The notes: generated from the sequence alone by a model not told the origin. Counted from the stretch's first letter, positions 33,135 to 43,872 are shown. The stretch: 64,000 bases of DNA from Candidatus Omnitrophota bacterium (GCA_028280285.1 JANQMA010000004.1:15820-79819), one strand, 5' to 3'. Made by a program: numbers and translations.

Positions 33135-33680
33135 GTGATAGCGCGTTTAGAAGACAAATATAAAAATGAAGTTGTTTCGGCTCTGCAGTCGAAATTCAAT
33201 ATCAAAAACAAGATGGCTGTGCCGCGCATTAAAAAAGTTGTCGTTAATATGGGTGTGGGTGATGCGATCAGCGATATGAAGATTTTGGATAGTGCACAAG
33301 CTGATTTGATGAAGATCACAGGGCAAAAGCCGGTCATCACAAGGGCTAAGAAGGCGATTTCAAACTTTAAATTGCGGGAAGGCTTGCCGATCGGATGTAA
33401 GGTGACACTCCGGCGTGCCCGTATGTATGAATTTTTGGACCGTTTAATTGCGATCACGCTTCCGCGTATTCGCGATTTTAATGGTGTTTCGAACAAAGCG
33501 TTTGATAAACAAGGTAATTACACATTAGGTCTTTCTGATCAATCTATTTTTCCTGAGATTGATGCCGGTAAAATGCAGCATACACAGGGAATGGATATCA
33601 CGGTTGTTTTTGATAAGGGCCCGAAAGAACAAACACAAGAAATTTTAAGTTTACTCGGTATGCCGTTTAGAAAAAATTAA
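33135..33680 (+). CDS. rplE: 50S ribosomal protein L5
   Basis: 'ITGQKP..T.AKK.ISNFKLREG.PIG.KVTLR', 'LPRIRDF'. Confidence 0.98.
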   Translation: MIARLEDKYKNEVVSALQSKFNIKNKMAVPRIKKVVVNMGVGDAISDMKILDSAQADLMKITGQKPVITRAKKAISNFKLREGLPIGCKVTLRRARMYEFLDRLIAITLPRIRDFNGVSNKAFDKQGNYTLGLSDQSIFPEIDAGKMQHTQGMDITVVFDKGPKEQTQEILSLLGMPFRKN

Positions 33681-33693
33681 AGGAATGTAAAGC

Positions 33694-33963
33694 ATGTCAA
33701 AAAAGTCTTGGATAGAAAGAAATCAAAAGAAAGAAAACGAAGTTAAGAAATATGCCCAGCTGCGTAAACAGTTGAAGGAAGCAAAGGATTATGAAGCTTT
33801 AAGTAAATTGCCGCGTAATGCAAGCCCGTGCCGTTTGGTTAACCGTTGTAAAATTACCGGTCGTCGTCATGGATATTATAGAAGGTTCGGTGTTTCACGT
33901 ATGGTTTTCCGTGAATTGGCATGGAATGGCGAGATTCCAGGCATTAAGAAGGCAAGTTGGTAG
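33694..33963 (+). CDS. rpsN: 30S ribosomal protein S14 (89-aa, zinc-independent type)
   Basis: 'LPRNASP.RL.NRC.ITGR', '[11 protein letters not shown]'. Confidence 0.96.
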   Translation: MSKKSWIERNQKKENEVKKYAQLRKQLKEAKDYEALSKLPRNASPCRLVNRCKITGRRHGYYRRFGVSRMVFRELAWNGEIPGIKKASW

Positions 33964-33981
33964 ATACAGGAGAATTATTCA

Positions 33982-34377
33982 ATGTCATTAAATGATCCAA
34001 TTAGTAATTTATTAACAATCATTCGCAACGGATGTCAAGCGCGCAAAGAATCGGTTGATATTCCGGCCTCGAATGTGTCAGGTGAAATACTTCGTATTTT
34101 TAAAGAAGACGGCTATATTGAAGATTACCGTAAAATGGAAGATACAGTGCAAGGGACATTTAAGGTCTATTTAAAATATGAAGGAAAAGATCCGGTTATT
34201 ACAGGTTTAAAAAGAATTTCAAGACCCGGACTTAGGGTTTATAAAGGAAAAAATGATTTACCAAAAGTATTAAACGGTATCGGTTCTGCTGTTATCTCGA
34301 CTTCTAAAGGCGTTATGACAGACAAAGCCGCGCGCAGTCTTAATACCGGAGGTGAAGTGATGTGTTATATCTGGTAG
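33982..34377 (+). CDS. rpsH: 30S ribosomal protein S8
   Basis: 'DPISNLLT.IRN', 'RISRPGLRVY', 'ISTSKGVMT', 'GGEVMC.IW'. Confidence 0.98.
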   Translation: MSLNDPISNLLTIIRNGCQARKESVDIPASNVSGEILRIFKEDGYIEDYRKMEDTVQGTFKVYLKYEGKDPVITGLKRISRPGLRVYKGKNDLPKVLNGIGSAVISTSKGVMTDKAARSLNTGGEVMCYIW

Positions 34378-34386
34378 GTAGAAATT

Positions 34387-34926
34387 ATGTCAAGAAAAGG
34401 TAAAGTTCCAGTTAGTATTCCAAGCGGAGTCAAGGTCGCACTTGAAGCCTCGACGATCAAAGTTGAAGGGCCTAAAGGCAAGCTTGACCTTGATATTCCT
34501 CATGGAATCAATGTTGAATCTAAAGACGATCAATTAACGGTAGCACGTATCTCCAATATGAAGCAAAACCGTGCGAATCATGGAACAATCCGTGCACGTT
34601 TGCAAAATATGGTTGATGGCGTGACAAACGGACATAAAAAAGAACTGGAGATCCAAGGACTAGGTTTTCGTGTTCAGCTGCAAGGGAAAAAGCTTGTCTT
34701 CAGCTTAGGTTTAAGTCATCCGGTTGAGTTTGAAGGACCGAAAGACGTGACTTTAGCCGCTCCAAGCCAAACATCGATTACGGTCGAAGGCATTGATAAA
34801 GTTTTAGTAGGTGAAACAGCGGCAAAAATTAGAGCGCTCAAGCCTGCTGAGCCATATAAAGGGAAGGGTATTCGTTACCTTGGGGAAACAATTTTAAGAA
34901 AACAAGGTAAGTCTGTATCGAAATAG
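34387..34926 (+). CDS. rplF: 50S ribosomal protein L6
   Basis: 'GPKGKL', 'EPYKGKGIRY'. Confidence 0.98.
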   Translation: MSRKGKVPVSIPSGVKVALEASTIKVEGPKGKLDLDIPHGINVESKDDQLTVARISNMKQNRANHGTIRARLQNMVDGVTNGHKKELEIQGLGFRVQLQGKKLVFSLGLSHPVEFEGPKDVTLAAPSQTSITVEGIDKVLVGETAAKIRALKPAEPYKGKGIRYLGETILRKQGKSVSK

Positions 34927-34936
34927 GATTAATATC

Positions 34937-35305
34937 ATGGCGCAGAAAAACGAAAGAGAAATTAAACGATTAAACAGACATAGACGTATCCGTAAAAAAA
35001 TTGTCGGGACTCCGGCACGTCCACGTCTATGTATTCATAGAAGTCTTAAGAATTTTTCAGCACAAGTCGTTGATGATACAACCGGTAAAGTGCTTCTCGG
35101 TATGACGACTTTGGCGAAAGACGTTAAGGGAAAAGTCAAAAATGGCGGCAATGTGCAGGCAGCTTCCGCATTGGGTGAAGCTTTTGCCAAAAAGTCGATT
35201 GATCAAGGGATTAAACAGGTAAGTTTTGACCGTGGTGGATATCTTTATCATGGTCGTGTTAAGGCATTTGCTGAAGCCGCACGTAACAGCGGAATGGAGT
35301 TTTAA
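34937..35305 (+). CDS. rplR: 50S ribosomal protein L18
   Basis: 'RPRL', '[20 protein letters not shown]'. Confidence 0.98.
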   Translation: MAQKNEREIKRLNRHRRIRKKIVGTPARPRLCIHRSLKNFSAQVVDDTTGKVLLGMTTLAKDVKGKVKNGGNVQAASALGEAFAKKSIDQGIKQVSFDRGGYLYHGRVKAFAEAARNSGMEF

Positions 35306-35310
35306 AAGGC

Positions 35311-36021
35311 ATGAATAAAGAAAACGAAGAACAATTAAACGAAAACGAAGAGACTAAAGAAGAAGTAAAAGCAACCGAGACTACGGATACTCCTGAGCCG
35401 CAAGAAACTCCAGCGGAAGAGACTGCTGTTGCAGAAGCTTCTGATGAAGCACCTGTTGAAGTATCTGCTGAGCCGGCAACAGAGGCACCAAAAGCGGAAG
35501 GTAAAAAAAGATCAGAAAGGCCTAAGGGCAAAAAATTTAATAAGAACGGGTCTGAAGAAGACAAAGCAGACGGTCCGGAAATGATCGAAAAGGTTATTTC
35601 AGTCAAGCGGATTACAAAAGTTACAAAGGGTGGAAAGAAATTATCGTTTAGTGCGCTTGTGGTTGTGGGTGACGGAAAAAACAAAGTTGGTTATAGCCTG
35701 TCAAAGGCAGCTGAGGTGGCGACGGCGATTCGTAAAGCCATGAATGTTGCCAAACGCAATATGATTACTGTTCCGTTGCGTGGAACGACGATTACCCATG
35801 AAGTCATCGGACGCTGCTCGGGATCACGTGTACTTCTTAAACCAGCATCTGATGGTACCGGTGTTATTGCCTCCGGTCCTGTGCGTGCGGTGTGTGATGG
35901 AGCCGGTATTCACAATATTTTGACAAAATGTCATCGGTCAAATAATCCGATCAATGTTGTTAAGGCAACCATTGAAGGTCTTGGTCGTTTAAAAACTGTG
36001 GCAGTAAAGGTAGAGGAATAA
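35311..36021 (+). CDS. rpsE: 30S ribosomal protein S5 with long acidic N-terminal extension
   Basis: '[20 protein letters not shown]', '[17 protein letters not shown]'. Confidence 0.97.
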   Translation: MNKENEEQLNENEETKEEVKATETTDTPEPQETPAEETAVAEASDEAPVEVSAEPATEAPKAEGKKRSERPKGKKFNKNGSEEDKADGPEMIEKVISVKRITKVTKGGKKLSFSALVVVGDGKNKVGYSLSKAAEVATAIRKAMNVAKRNMITVPLRGTTITHEVIGRCSGSRVLLKPASDGTGVIASGPVRAVCDGAGIHNILTKCHRSNNPINVVKATIEGLGRLKTVAVKVEE

Positions 36022-36023
36022 AC

Positions 36024-36497
36024 ATGTATTTGCATGAATTAAAATCACCGAAAGGCTCAAGAAAAAGAAAACGTATTGTTGGACGCGGGCAGGGATCGGG
36101 TGCAGGCAAGACAGCTGGCCGCGGTGAGAATGGTCAGAATTCAAGACCGGGCAGTGGTATCGGTAAACAATCCGAAGGCGGTCAGATGCCCCTTATCCGT
36201 CGTTTACCAAAAGTGGGTTTTAGAAGCCACAGGCCTATTTTAAATCAAATCGTTCATATTGCCGATTTAGCTAAATTTGAAAAAGGGGAAGTTGTTAATG
36301 CGGAAAGTTTGAAAGCTAAGGGTTTGATTGCGAGTTTGAATAAACCATTTAAAATTCTTGCTGATGGAGAAATTTCTATTGCCTTAACTGTACAGGCTGA
36401 AAGTATTTCAAAAGCAGCAAGAGAAAAAATAGAAAAAGTCGGTGGGACTATAGAGGCGGCAGTTGTCAAAGCTTCTGAAGAAACGCCGGACAAATAA
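36024..36497 (+). CDS. rplO: 50S ribosomal protein L15
   Basis: 'GRGQGSG.GKT.GRG..GQ', 'EGGQMPLIRRLPKVGF'. Confidence 0.97.
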   Translation: MYLHELKSPKGSRKRKRIVGRGQGSGAGKTAGRGENGQNSRPGSGIGKQSEGGQMPLIRRLPKVGFRSHRPILNQIVHIADLAKFEKGEVVNAESLKAKGLIASLNKPFKILADGEISIALTVQAESISKAAREKIEKVGGTIEAAVVKASEETPDK

Positions 36498-36509
36498 TAG
36501 ATATTTTAT

Positions 36510-37856
36510 ATGTTAGCATCGCTCATTAACTGCTTTCGTATTCCTGAGTTAAAAAAGAAAATTCTTTTTACGCTCGGAATTATCGCAGTGTACCGTGTTG
36601 GATGTTATATTCCAACGCCGGGTGTTAACGGCGCGATGCTGGCAGAGTTCTTTGAAAGAATAAACTCAACCACCGATGGAAGCATTTTCGGCATTATGAA
36701 TATGTTCTCCGGTGGAGCGCTTGAGAAGCTTACGGTGTTTTCCCTTGGTATTATGCCGTATATCTCCAGTTCCATTATTATTCAGCTTTTGACAGCTGTT
36801 ATACCGGCTTTAGAAAAATTATCTAAAGAGGGGCAGACTGGTTATCATAAAATTAATCAGTACACACGTTATGGAACTTTAGGTTTGGCGCTTATTCAGT
36901 CATTTTTTATTGCTCTGTGGCTTGAAAGCCCGGCATCTTTCCAGGGTTTGCAAGTTGTTAACACGCCTGGATGGGGGTTTCGTATTATCACGGTATTCAC
37001 ATTAACATGTGGGACCATGCTTTTGATGTGGTTGGGTGAGCAAATCCAGGAAAAAGGAATCGGTAACGGGATTTCTCTTATTATTACGGCCGGGATTATA
37101 TCGGCGGCGCCATCTGCGCTTAAGACACTTATTGTTCTTCTGAATCCAAACTCTGGAAGCGGAGCGCAATTACAGCCTTTAACGCTTTTGATTATGATTG
37201 GTTTTTTGATTGCCGTTATTATCGCCATTACCTATATCACGCAGGCACAAAGAAGGGTTCAGGTTCAGTATGCCAGACGTATGGTTGGCAATAAAACGTA
37301 CGGTGGACAAAACAGTTATATTCCACTTAAGGTGGATACCTCGGGTGTTATCGCGATTATCTTTGCGCAGTCGATTATTTTGTTTCCGGCAACGCTTGCG
37401 AGTTTTATCCCGAATGAGAATTTTCAAAGTATGGCGGCTGTATTTACACGCGGTGGATGGTTATATTACACGTTTTATGGATTTTTGGTTATTTTCTTTT
37501 GTTATTTTTATACAGCGATTGTGTTTAATCCGGTTGATGTGGCGGAGAATATGAAAAAAAACGGCGGATTTATTCCGGGTGTGCGACCTGGCACGCAGAC
37601 AGCTGATTACTTAGACTTTGTCATGACACGCATCACACTGGCCGGTGCTCTTTTTATTTGTGCGATTGCGATTATGCCTGATGCGATTATGGCGTCCTTT
37701 AGAGTTCCTTATTTGGTCGCATCGTTTTTTGGTGGTACAGGTATTTTGATTATTGTCGGGGTTATGCTCGATACAATGAAACAAATTGAATCACATCTTT
37801 TGACGCGCCACTATGATGGCTTTACCAAAGCGGGGCATATCAAAGGGAGACGATGA
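36510..37856 (+). CDS. secY: preprotein translocase subunit SecY
   Basis: 'LGIMPYISSSIIIQLL', 'WLGEQI..KGIGNGISL', 'FIPGVRPG'. Confidence 0.98.
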   Translation: MLASLINCFRIPELKKKILFTLGIIAVYRVGCYIPTPGVNGAMLAEFFERINSTTDGSIFGIMNMFSGGALEKLTVFSLGIMPYISSSIIIQLLTAVIPALEKLSKEGQTGYHKINQYTRYGTLGLALIQSFFIALWLESPASFQGLQVVNTPGWGFRIITVFTLTCGTMLLMWLGEQIQEKGIGNGISLIITAGIISAAPSALKTLIVLLNPNSGSGAQLQPLTLLIMIGFLIAVIIAITYITQAQRRVQVQYARRMVGNKTYGGQNSYIPLKVDTSGVIAIIFAQSIILFPATLASFIPNENFQSMAAVFTRGGWLYYTFYGFLVIFFCYFYTAIVFNPVDVAENMKKNGGFIPGVRPGTQTADYLDFVMTRITLAGALFICAIAIMPDAIMASFRVPYLVASFFGGTGILIIVGVMLDTMKQIESHLLTRHYDGFTKAGHIKGRR

Positions 37857-38524
37857 GATTAGTTTTATTAGGGCCTCCGGGTGCGGGAAAAGGCACCTTA
37901 TGTACGACACTTAAAAAAAGTTTTGATCTTTTACATATATCGACCGGGGACATTCTTCGTGAAGAAATGAAACAGGGAACGAAAATCGGTCTTGAGATTA
38001 AGGAGTTAATGGATTCCGGAAATCTTGTGCGTGACGAGCTTGTCAGTGAAATTGTTCGCAACAGGTTAACCGAAAATGACAAGGAAGATAAGGCCTTTTT
38101 ATTAGATGGTTATCCGCGCACTTTATCTCAGGCGATTGATCTGGATAAGATTTTAGAAGAGCTTAATACACCACTTGATTTGGTGTTGTATTTAGAGTCT
38201 TCGCCGGCATTGATTATTAAACGTTTGACGGGGCGACGTGTTTGTAAAGATTGTGGGGCGGTATATCACATAACCAATCGTCCGCCAAAGGTTGAAGGGA
38301 CATGTGATTATTGCGGGTCCCATGAGTTGATTCAACGTAAGGATGATACAGAAGAGACGATCACGCATCGCATGGCGGTGTATTTAGATACGATTAATCC
38401 GCTGATGAATTATTATGATGCGCAAAAAAAGGTGAGGCGGGTTGATTCCGATCGTGATCCTGAATATGTACAAAAAGATTTATTTAAATTTTTAGATGAA
38501 AAAAGAACAACGGATAGTGATTAA
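37853..38524 (+). CDS. adk: adenylate kinase (Zn-lid type)
   Basis: 'GPPGAGKGT', 'LLDGYPR', lid CxxC...CxxC. Confidence 0.97.
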   Translation: MRLVLLGPPGAGKGTLCTTLKKSFDLLHISTGDILREEMKQGTKIGLEIKELMDSGNLVRDELVSEIVRNRLTENDKEDKAFLLDGYPRTLSQAIDLDKILEELNTPLDLVLYLESSPALIIKRLTGRRVCKDCGAVYHITNRPPKVEGTCDYCGSHELIQRKDDTEETITHRMAVYLDTINPLMNYYDAQKKVRRVDSDRDPEYVQKDLFKFLDEKRTTDSD

Positions 38525-39257
38525 AACACCTGAAGAAATTCAGGTAATGCGTGAAGCGGGCCAAATTTTAGCGCGGATTATTGAAGAGTTAAAATGTTCT
38601 TTAAAACCAGGGATGACAACAGCAGATATTGATGCCCTGACGGAAAAACTTATTACAGAAAGTGGTGTGGTTCCTGCTTTCAAAGGTTATAGAGGTTTTC
38701 CGGGCTGTGCTTGTGTTTCGGTGAATGAAGAGGTTGTTCATGGAATACCGGGCAGTCGTGTGATCAAAGATGGCGACATTGTTAGTATCGACGTAGGTAT
38801 TATCTATAAAGATTTTTATTCGGACACAGCTTACACGATACCGGTTGGCAAGGTTGCCCCGAAGATTCAAAAGCTTTTGGATGTCACGCGTAATTCTTTG
38901 CAGCGTGGTATCGATAAGGCTTGTGTGAATAATAAGTTGTCTGATGTTTCTCATGCTATTCAGAAATATATTGAAAAGCATGGTTTGGCTGTTGTGCGTG
39001 AATTCGTTGGTCATGGTATTGGACGCAATTTGCATGAAGATCCTGAAATACCGAATTTTGGGCCGCCGCACAAGGGTCCGGTTCTCAAAGAAGGTATGGT
39101 CTTTGCGATTGAACCGATGGTTAATACGGGACGACGTGAGACAAAGATTTTAGATGATGGCTGGACCGTTGCAACGCAGGATGGAAAGCCCAGTGCGCAT
39201 TTTGAACATACGGTGGCGATCACAGCCAACGGACCGGAAATATTAACGAAGTGTTAA
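38496..39257 (+). CDS. map: type I methionine aminopeptidase
   Basis: 'SVNEEVVHGIP', 'GHGIGRNLHEDP', 'AIEPMV', 'SAHFEHT'. Confidence 0.97.
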   Translation: MKKEQRIVIKTPEEIQVMREAGQILARIIEELKCSLKPGMTTADIDALTEKLITESGVVPAFKGYRGFPGCACVSVNEEVVHGIPGSRVIKDGDIVSIDVGIIYKDFYSDTAYTIPVGKVAPKIQKLLDVTRNSLQRGIDKACVNNKLSDVSHAIQKYIEKHGLAVVREFVGHGIGRNLHEDPEIPNFGPPHKGPVLKEGMVFAIEPMVNTGRRETKILDDGWTVATQDGKPSAHFEHTVAITANGPEILTKC

Positions 39258-39263
39258 AAATAT

Positions 39264-39482
39264 ATGGCAAAAGAAGATTTAATTGAGGTTGAAGGAACAG
39301 TATTGGAGGCGTTACCGAACGCCAAGTTTAAAGTTGAGCTTGAAAATGGCCATGTTGTTCAGGCCCACATATCGGGTAAGATACGCATGCATTACATTCG
39401 TATTTTGCCAGGAGATGTTGTTAAATTAGAGTTATCTCCTTATGATTTATCAAAGGGAAGAATAACTTATCGAAATAAGTGA
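39264..39482 (+). CDS. infA: translation initiation factor IF-1
   Basis: 'EALPNA.F.V.LENG', '[10 protein letters not shown]'. Confidence 0.98.
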   Translation: MAKEDLIEVEGTVLEALPNAKFKVELENGHVVQAHISGKIRMHYIRILPGDVVKLELSPYDLSKGRITYRNK

Positions 39483-39485
39483 TTT

Positions 39486-39534
39486 GTGCTCAGTGGTCAG
39501 TGATCTGAACACGGACCACAGACAACAGAACACT
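39486..39534. repeat. heptamer hairpin (GTGnTCW x3 / GAMMACn x4)
   Basis: gtgctca gtggtca gtgatct gaacacg gaccaca gacaaca gaacact. Confidence 0.88.
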
Positions 39535-39549
39535 TAACAGGATAAAACA

Positions 39550-39663
39550 ATGAAAGTTAAATCGTCAGTAAAAAGACTTTGTAAGAATTGTAAGATTGTA
39601 AGACGTAAACGGGTTGTACGTGTAATTTGTATAAATCCTAAATGTAAACAAAGACAAGGATAG
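39550..39663 (+). CDS. rpmJ: 50S ribosomal protein L36 (not in ORF track)
   Basis: Manual translation [37 protein letters not shown]. Confidence 0.96.
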   Translation: MKVKSSVKRLCKNCKIVRRKRVVRVICINPKCKQRQG

Positions 39664-39669
39664 AGTGTT

Positions 39670-40041
39670 ATGCCAAGAATTTTAGGGGTAGATATACCAA
39701 AAGAAAAACGGATGGAAGCGTCTTTGCCATATCTCTTTGGGGTTGGCCCGAAGAATGTGAAAGACATTCTGGATAAAGCCGGCATTAGTTACGATAAGCG
39801 TGCGAAGGAATTGACCGACGATGAGATTGCCAAAATTGCAACCATTATTCAGAACGATTATGTCGTCGAAGGGGATTTGAAGCGCGAGATTAATCAAAAT
39901 GTTAAGCGTCATATTGAAATTGGTACATACCGTGGATTACGCCATCGTAAAGGGCTTCCGGCAAGAGGACAAAGAACTAAAACAAATGCACGCACACGTA
40001 AAGGGCGCAAGCCACAAGTTGGTGCAAAGAAGAGAAAGTAA
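39670..40041 (+). CDS. rpsM: 30S ribosomal protein S13
   Basis: 'RILGVDIP', 'YRGLRHRKGLPARGQRTKTNARTRKG'. Confidence 0.98.
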   Translation: MPRILGVDIPKEKRMEASLPYLFGVGPKNVKDILDKAGISYDKRAKELTDDEIAKIATIIQNDYVVEGDLKREINQNVKRHIEIGTYRGLRHRKGLPARGQRTKTNARTRKGRKPQVGAKKRK

Positions 40042-40053
40042 TAGATAAATTTA

Positions 40054-40127
40054 AGTGGTCCGTGATCCGTGCTCAGTGGTCAATAATATATTGATATCTG
40101 ATCACAGACCACAGAACACTGATCACT
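40054..40127. repeat. heptamer hairpin (GTGnTCM x4 / GAHCACW x4)
   Basis: gtggtcc gtgatcc gtgctca gtggtca ... gatcaca gaccaca gaacact gatcact. Confidence 0.9.
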
Positions 40128-40142
40128 AAAAAGGTAAAAATT

Positions 40143-40550
40143 ATGGCTAAGAAACCATCACCATCAAAGAAAAAAGAGAAAGCTAAGAAAAAAGCGTTAA
40201 AAGGAATCACGGCAGGAACGGCACATATTAAAGCGACGTTTAATAATACGCAGGTAGCGATTGCAGATCCAAATGGCAATGTGATCGTCTGGTCTTCACC
40301 GGGTGTTGTTGGATTTAATGGTTCCAAGAAATCAACGCCGTTTGCCGCGCAAGTTGCCGCCCAAGACGCTGCCCGCAAGGCAAAAGATTTAGGTCTTAAG
40401 ACAGTTGATGTTTTGGTTAAAGGAGCTGGATCCGGGCGAGAGTCAGCGATCCGTGCTCTTCAAGCAGGTGGCCTTGCGGTTACATCCATTCGTGACGTCA
40501 CCCCATTACCGCATAATGGTTGTCGTCCAAGAAAAAAGAGACGCGTATAA
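40143..40550 (+). CDS. rpsK: 30S ribosomal protein S11
   Basis: 'ATFNNT', 'KKSTPFAAQ', '[12 protein letters not shown]'. Confidence 0.98.
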   Translation: MAKKPSPSKKKEKAKKKALKGITAGTAHIKATFNNTQVAIADPNGNVIVWSSPGVVGFNGSKKSTPFAAQVAAQDAARKAKDLGLKTVDVLVKGAGSGRESAIRALQAGGLAVTSIRDVTPLPHNGCRPRKKRRV

Positions 40551-40571
40551 TCGCGAAAGGAATCAGACTAG

Positions 40572-41186
40572 ATGGCTAGATATACAGGACCAAGATTTAA
40601 ATTATGCAGACGCGAAGGAGTTAATCTTTTCGGTAATCCAAAGTTTAATATGGAGCGTAGAGATTATGCGCCGGGTGATCATGGACTCGCGGCTAAGCGT
40701 AAGAAACTTTCTGACTATGGTCTTCAGTTGCGTGAAAAACAAAAAGTGAAGCGTATCTATGGTGTGCTGGAAAGGCAATTCAGACGTTATTACGAAAAAG
40801 CTGCACGTGCGAAAGGAATCACCGGTTCGGTTCTCTTGCAGCTTTTAGAAAGACGTTTAGATAATGTTATTTTTCGCCTAGGCTTTGCCTCAACCCGTCC
40901 GGCCGCGCGACAAATGGTCAGTCACGGAAAAGTTTATGTGAATGATAAACGTGTTAATATTCCGTCTTTTTTAGTCGATCCGAATGATGAGGTTTCCATT
41001 AAGATCAAAGATTCAAGTATGGGATATATTAAGGAATACTTAGAAGCTACGAAAGAGCGTCCAGTTCCGGAGTGGCTTAATTCAGATACAAAGCACCTTA
41101 AAGGAAAAGTTGTTAAAATGCCTGAGCGTGATGATGTGATGTTTGACATCAACGAACAGTTAATTGTAGAGCTTTATTCAAAGTAG
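40572..41186 (+). CDS. rpsD: 30S ribosomal protein S4
   Basis: 'QLREKQK', 'LERRLDNVIFRLG', 'EQLIVELYSK'. Confidence 0.98.
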   Translation: MARYTGPRFKLCRREGVNLFGNPKFNMERRDYAPGDHGLAAKRKKLSDYGLQLREKQKVKRIYGVLERQFRRYYEKAARAKGITGSVLLQLLERRLDNVIFRLGFASTRPAARQMVSHGKVYVNDKRVNIPSFLVDPNDEVSIKIKDSSMGYIKEYLEATKERPVPEWLNSDTKHLKGKVVKMPERDDVMFDINEQLIVELYSK

Positions 41187-41248
41187 GATAATAGATCCGT
41201 CGTTACCGAATGATAATGGGAATAACGGGGTCAACTTAGGAGGAAAAT

Positions 41249-42241
41249 ATGGGAGTTAAGTGGCGTGATTTTCAAATGCCAAAAAGGCTAGATTGTGATG
41301 AATCAACATACACAGAAACTTACGGGAAGTTTGAGGCTGAGCCGTTTGAGCGAGGGTATGGGGTAACACTTGGTAATTCATTGCGTCGTATTTTGCTTTC
41401 TTCGATTGAAGGAAGTGCGATCACATCCATCAAAATTGATGGTGCGCAGCATGAATATTCTACACTACCTGGTGTTATGGAATCTGTTTCAGAAATCATT
41501 TTAAATATCAAGCGTTTGGTATTAAGATCACACTCAAAAGTCGCCAAAACGATTTATATCAAAGCGGAAAAGGCCGGTGTTATCACAGCGTCTGATATTA
41601 TTTGTGATGAAACGGTTGAAATTTTAAACCCGGATCATGTTATTGCGACTTTATCAAGAGACACGAAGTTTTCTATGGAAATGGTTGTTTCTCGTGGACG
41701 CGGTTATGTTCCGGCTGAGGTTAATAAAAAAGATAATACACTTGTTGGATCAATCGCGATCGATTCGATCTTTACGCCAATAGTACGTGTTAAATATCAT
41801 GTTGAAAATACACGTGTTGGCCAGAAGACAGATTATGATAAATTAGTTGTTGAAATCTGGACCAATGGCGGTATTTCTCCTAAGGAAGCGATGCTTTACG
41901 GAGCCAATATTCTGCAAAGACATTTAGATGTGTTTGTCAGCTATGGTCAGCTTCCGGAAGAGGAAGAAGAGGAAGAAGAAGTATCAGCAGAAGAAAAGGC
42001 TGTATATGAAAAGCTTCGTCTTAATATATCTGAGCTTGAGCTTTCTGTCCGTAGCGCCAACTGTCTTAAAGATGCTAATATTAAGTCCATTGTTGAGTTG
42101 GTGCGTAAAACAGAATCGGAATTGCTCACTTATCGTAATTTCGGAAAGAAATCTTTGACAGAAATTAACGACATTCTTAAAGTTATGGGATTAAGTTTAG
42201 GAATGAAGGTTGATATGAAGAAATTAAGGAAACAAGACTAA
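41249..42241 (+). CDS. rpoA: DNA-directed RNA polymerase subunit alpha
   Basis: '[22 protein letters not shown]', '[11 protein letters not shown]', 'NFGKKSL'. Confidence 0.98.
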   Translation: MGVKWRDFQMPKRLDCDESTYTETYGKFEAEPFERGYGVTLGNSLRRILLSSIEGSAITSIKIDGAQHEYSTLPGVMESVSEIILNIKRLVLRSHSKVAKTIYIKAEKAGVITASDIICDETVEILNPDHVIATLSRDTKFSMEMVVSRGRGYVPAEVNKKDNTLVGSIAIDSIFTPIVRVKYHVENTRVGQKTDYDKLVVEIWTNGGISPKEAMLYGANILQRHLDVFVSYGQLPEEEEEEEEVSAEEKAVYEKLRLNISELELSVRSANCLKDANIKSIVELVRKTESELLTYRNFGKKSLTEINDILKVMGLSLGMKVDMKKLRKQD

Positions 42242-42242
42242 A

Positions 42243-42701
42243 ATGAGACATAAAATCGCTGGAAGCACATTAAACCGGAAAACATCACATCGTAAGGCAA
42301 CGGTGCGCGATATTGCCAAGGCGACGCTTATCCATGAGCAAATCAAGACGACCAAAGTCAAAGCAAAGGAAGCACGCAAATTGGTTGATAAGCTCATTAC
42401 ATTGGGTAAAAAAGGAACATTGGCCGAGAAGCGCCGCGCTTTTGCGATTTTATGCGATCACAAGTTGGTTAGTAATCTCTTTAATGAAACCTCACCACGT
42501 TTTAAAGAACGTAATGGCGGCTATACACGTATTATCAAAATCGGCAATCGCCGGGGGGATAATGCGGAAGTTGTCTTGCTTGAATTAACAGAGCGTAAAC
42601 CTGTCGTGGTTGAAACAGCACCAGCTGATACATCTGCTAAAGCAGAGAAAACAAAGTCTTCCAAAAAAGAGAAAAAAGAAAAAGCCGAAAATGCCGGTTA
42701 A
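42243..42701 (+). CDS. rplQ: 50S ribosomal protein L17
   Basis: 'MRHK', 'IKTT..KAKE', 'RNGGYTRI.K.G.R.GDNA'. Confidence 0.97.
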   Translation: MRHKIAGSTLNRKTSHRKATVRDIAKATLIHEQIKTTKVKAKEARKLVDKLITLGKKGTLAEKRRAFAILCDHKLVSNLFNETSPRFKERNGGYTRIIKIGNRRGDNAEVVLLELTERKPVVVETAPADTSAKAEKTKSSKKEKKEKAENAG

Positions 42702-43872
42702 ACTGAATAAGCGTATTGCGCAATTAGTTGGATCAAGCACTCTGGCGATTACTGCCCGTGCCAAGGAGCTTAAGGCTGAAGGACATGACGTAATCAACTT
42801 CGCCGGTGGCGAACCGGATTTTGATACACCTCAGTCAATTAAAGATGCAGCCAATGAAGCCATGGCTTCTGGGCTTACCAAATACACGCCGAGCATCGGA
42901 ACACCGCAGCTGCGTGAAGCCATTTCCAAAAAGTTTAAAGAAGATAATAACTTAGATTATGTGCCTAATCAGATCGTTGTATCATGTGGGGCCAAGCATT
43001 CGGTTTTTAATGCCATTCAAGTTTTAGCCGACGAGGGCGATGAAGTCATTATCCCAACGCCTTATTGGGTCAGCTATCCAGAGATGGTTAAACTTTCTGG
43101 GGCAACATCCAAATTTGTTGAAACAACAGCCGCTACAGGTTTTAAACTCACCAAAGAACTTTTAGAGCAAAATATTACAGATAAAACGCGTGTTTTAATC
43201 CTTAACTCGCCAAGCAATCCGACAGGAATGCTTTATACTAAAGAAGAGCTAGCGCCGATTGCCGAGATTTGTGTGAAACATAATATTTATGTGATTAGTG
43301 ATGAGATTTATGAAAAACTGATTTATGATGGGCAATCATTGGCATCGATTGCTGCATTAGGCAAAGAAATCTATGATTTAACGATTACGATTAATGGTGT
43401 TTCAAAAGCCTATTCTATGACGGGGTGGCGTATTGGTTACTGCGGTGGCAACGCGGAAATTATGGCGGCAATGAAAAAATTTCAGGATCACTCAACATCC
43501 AACCCGACATCTATTTCACAGGCAGCAGCCTTACAGGCTTTGGGTGAACCTTCGACGCTTACAGATTCCTTCCGCGAAAAATTTGAAAAACGAAGAGACT
43601 TGATTGCCTCTTTAATCGATGATATACCAGAGATAAGCTATATTAAACCGCAAGGCGCTTTTTACATGTTCTGTGACTTCTCCCAGTTAGGAGAATCAAT
43701 GGATGTGGCCAAACGTATTTTAGATGACACAAAGGTCGCGATTATCCCTGGGGAAGGTTTTGGTGCGCCGGGTTACATGCGTCTTAGCTTTGCGACATCC
43801 GATGCGCATATCACTGAAGGCATCAAACGCATCGGTGACTGGATTAAACAAAACGCTAAAGTAAACGTTTAG
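42691..43872 (+). CDS. pyridoxal-phosphate-dependent (aspartate-type, class I/II) aminotransferase
   Basis: 'GEPDFDTP', 'NSPSNPTG', 'SDEIYE', 'SKAYSMTGWRIG'; start placed at ATG 42691 (MPVKLNKR). Confidence 0.93.
   Translation: MPVKLNKRIAQLVGSSTLAITARAKELKAEGHDVINFAGGEPDFDTPQSIKDAANEAMASGLTKYTPSIGTPQLREAISKKFKEDNNLDYVPNQIVVSCGAKHSVFNAIQVLADEGDEVIIPTPYWVSYPEMVKLSGATSKFVETTAATGFKLTKELLEQNITDKTRVLILNSPSNPTGMLYTKEELAPIAEICVKHNIYVISDEIYEKLIYDGQSLASIAALGKEIYDLTITINGVSKAYSMTGWRIGYCGGNAEIMAAMKKFQDHSTSNPTSISQAAALQALGEPSTLTDSFREKFEKRRDLIASLIDDIPEISYIKPQGAFYMFCDFSQLGESMDVAKRILDDTKVAIIPGEGFGAPGYMRLSFATSDAHITEGIKRIGDWIKQNAKVNV

Noticed and set aside
42610-42690. N-terminal extension of the aminotransferase
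   Set aside because: TTG start deep inside rplQ; ATG 42691 matches the family start.
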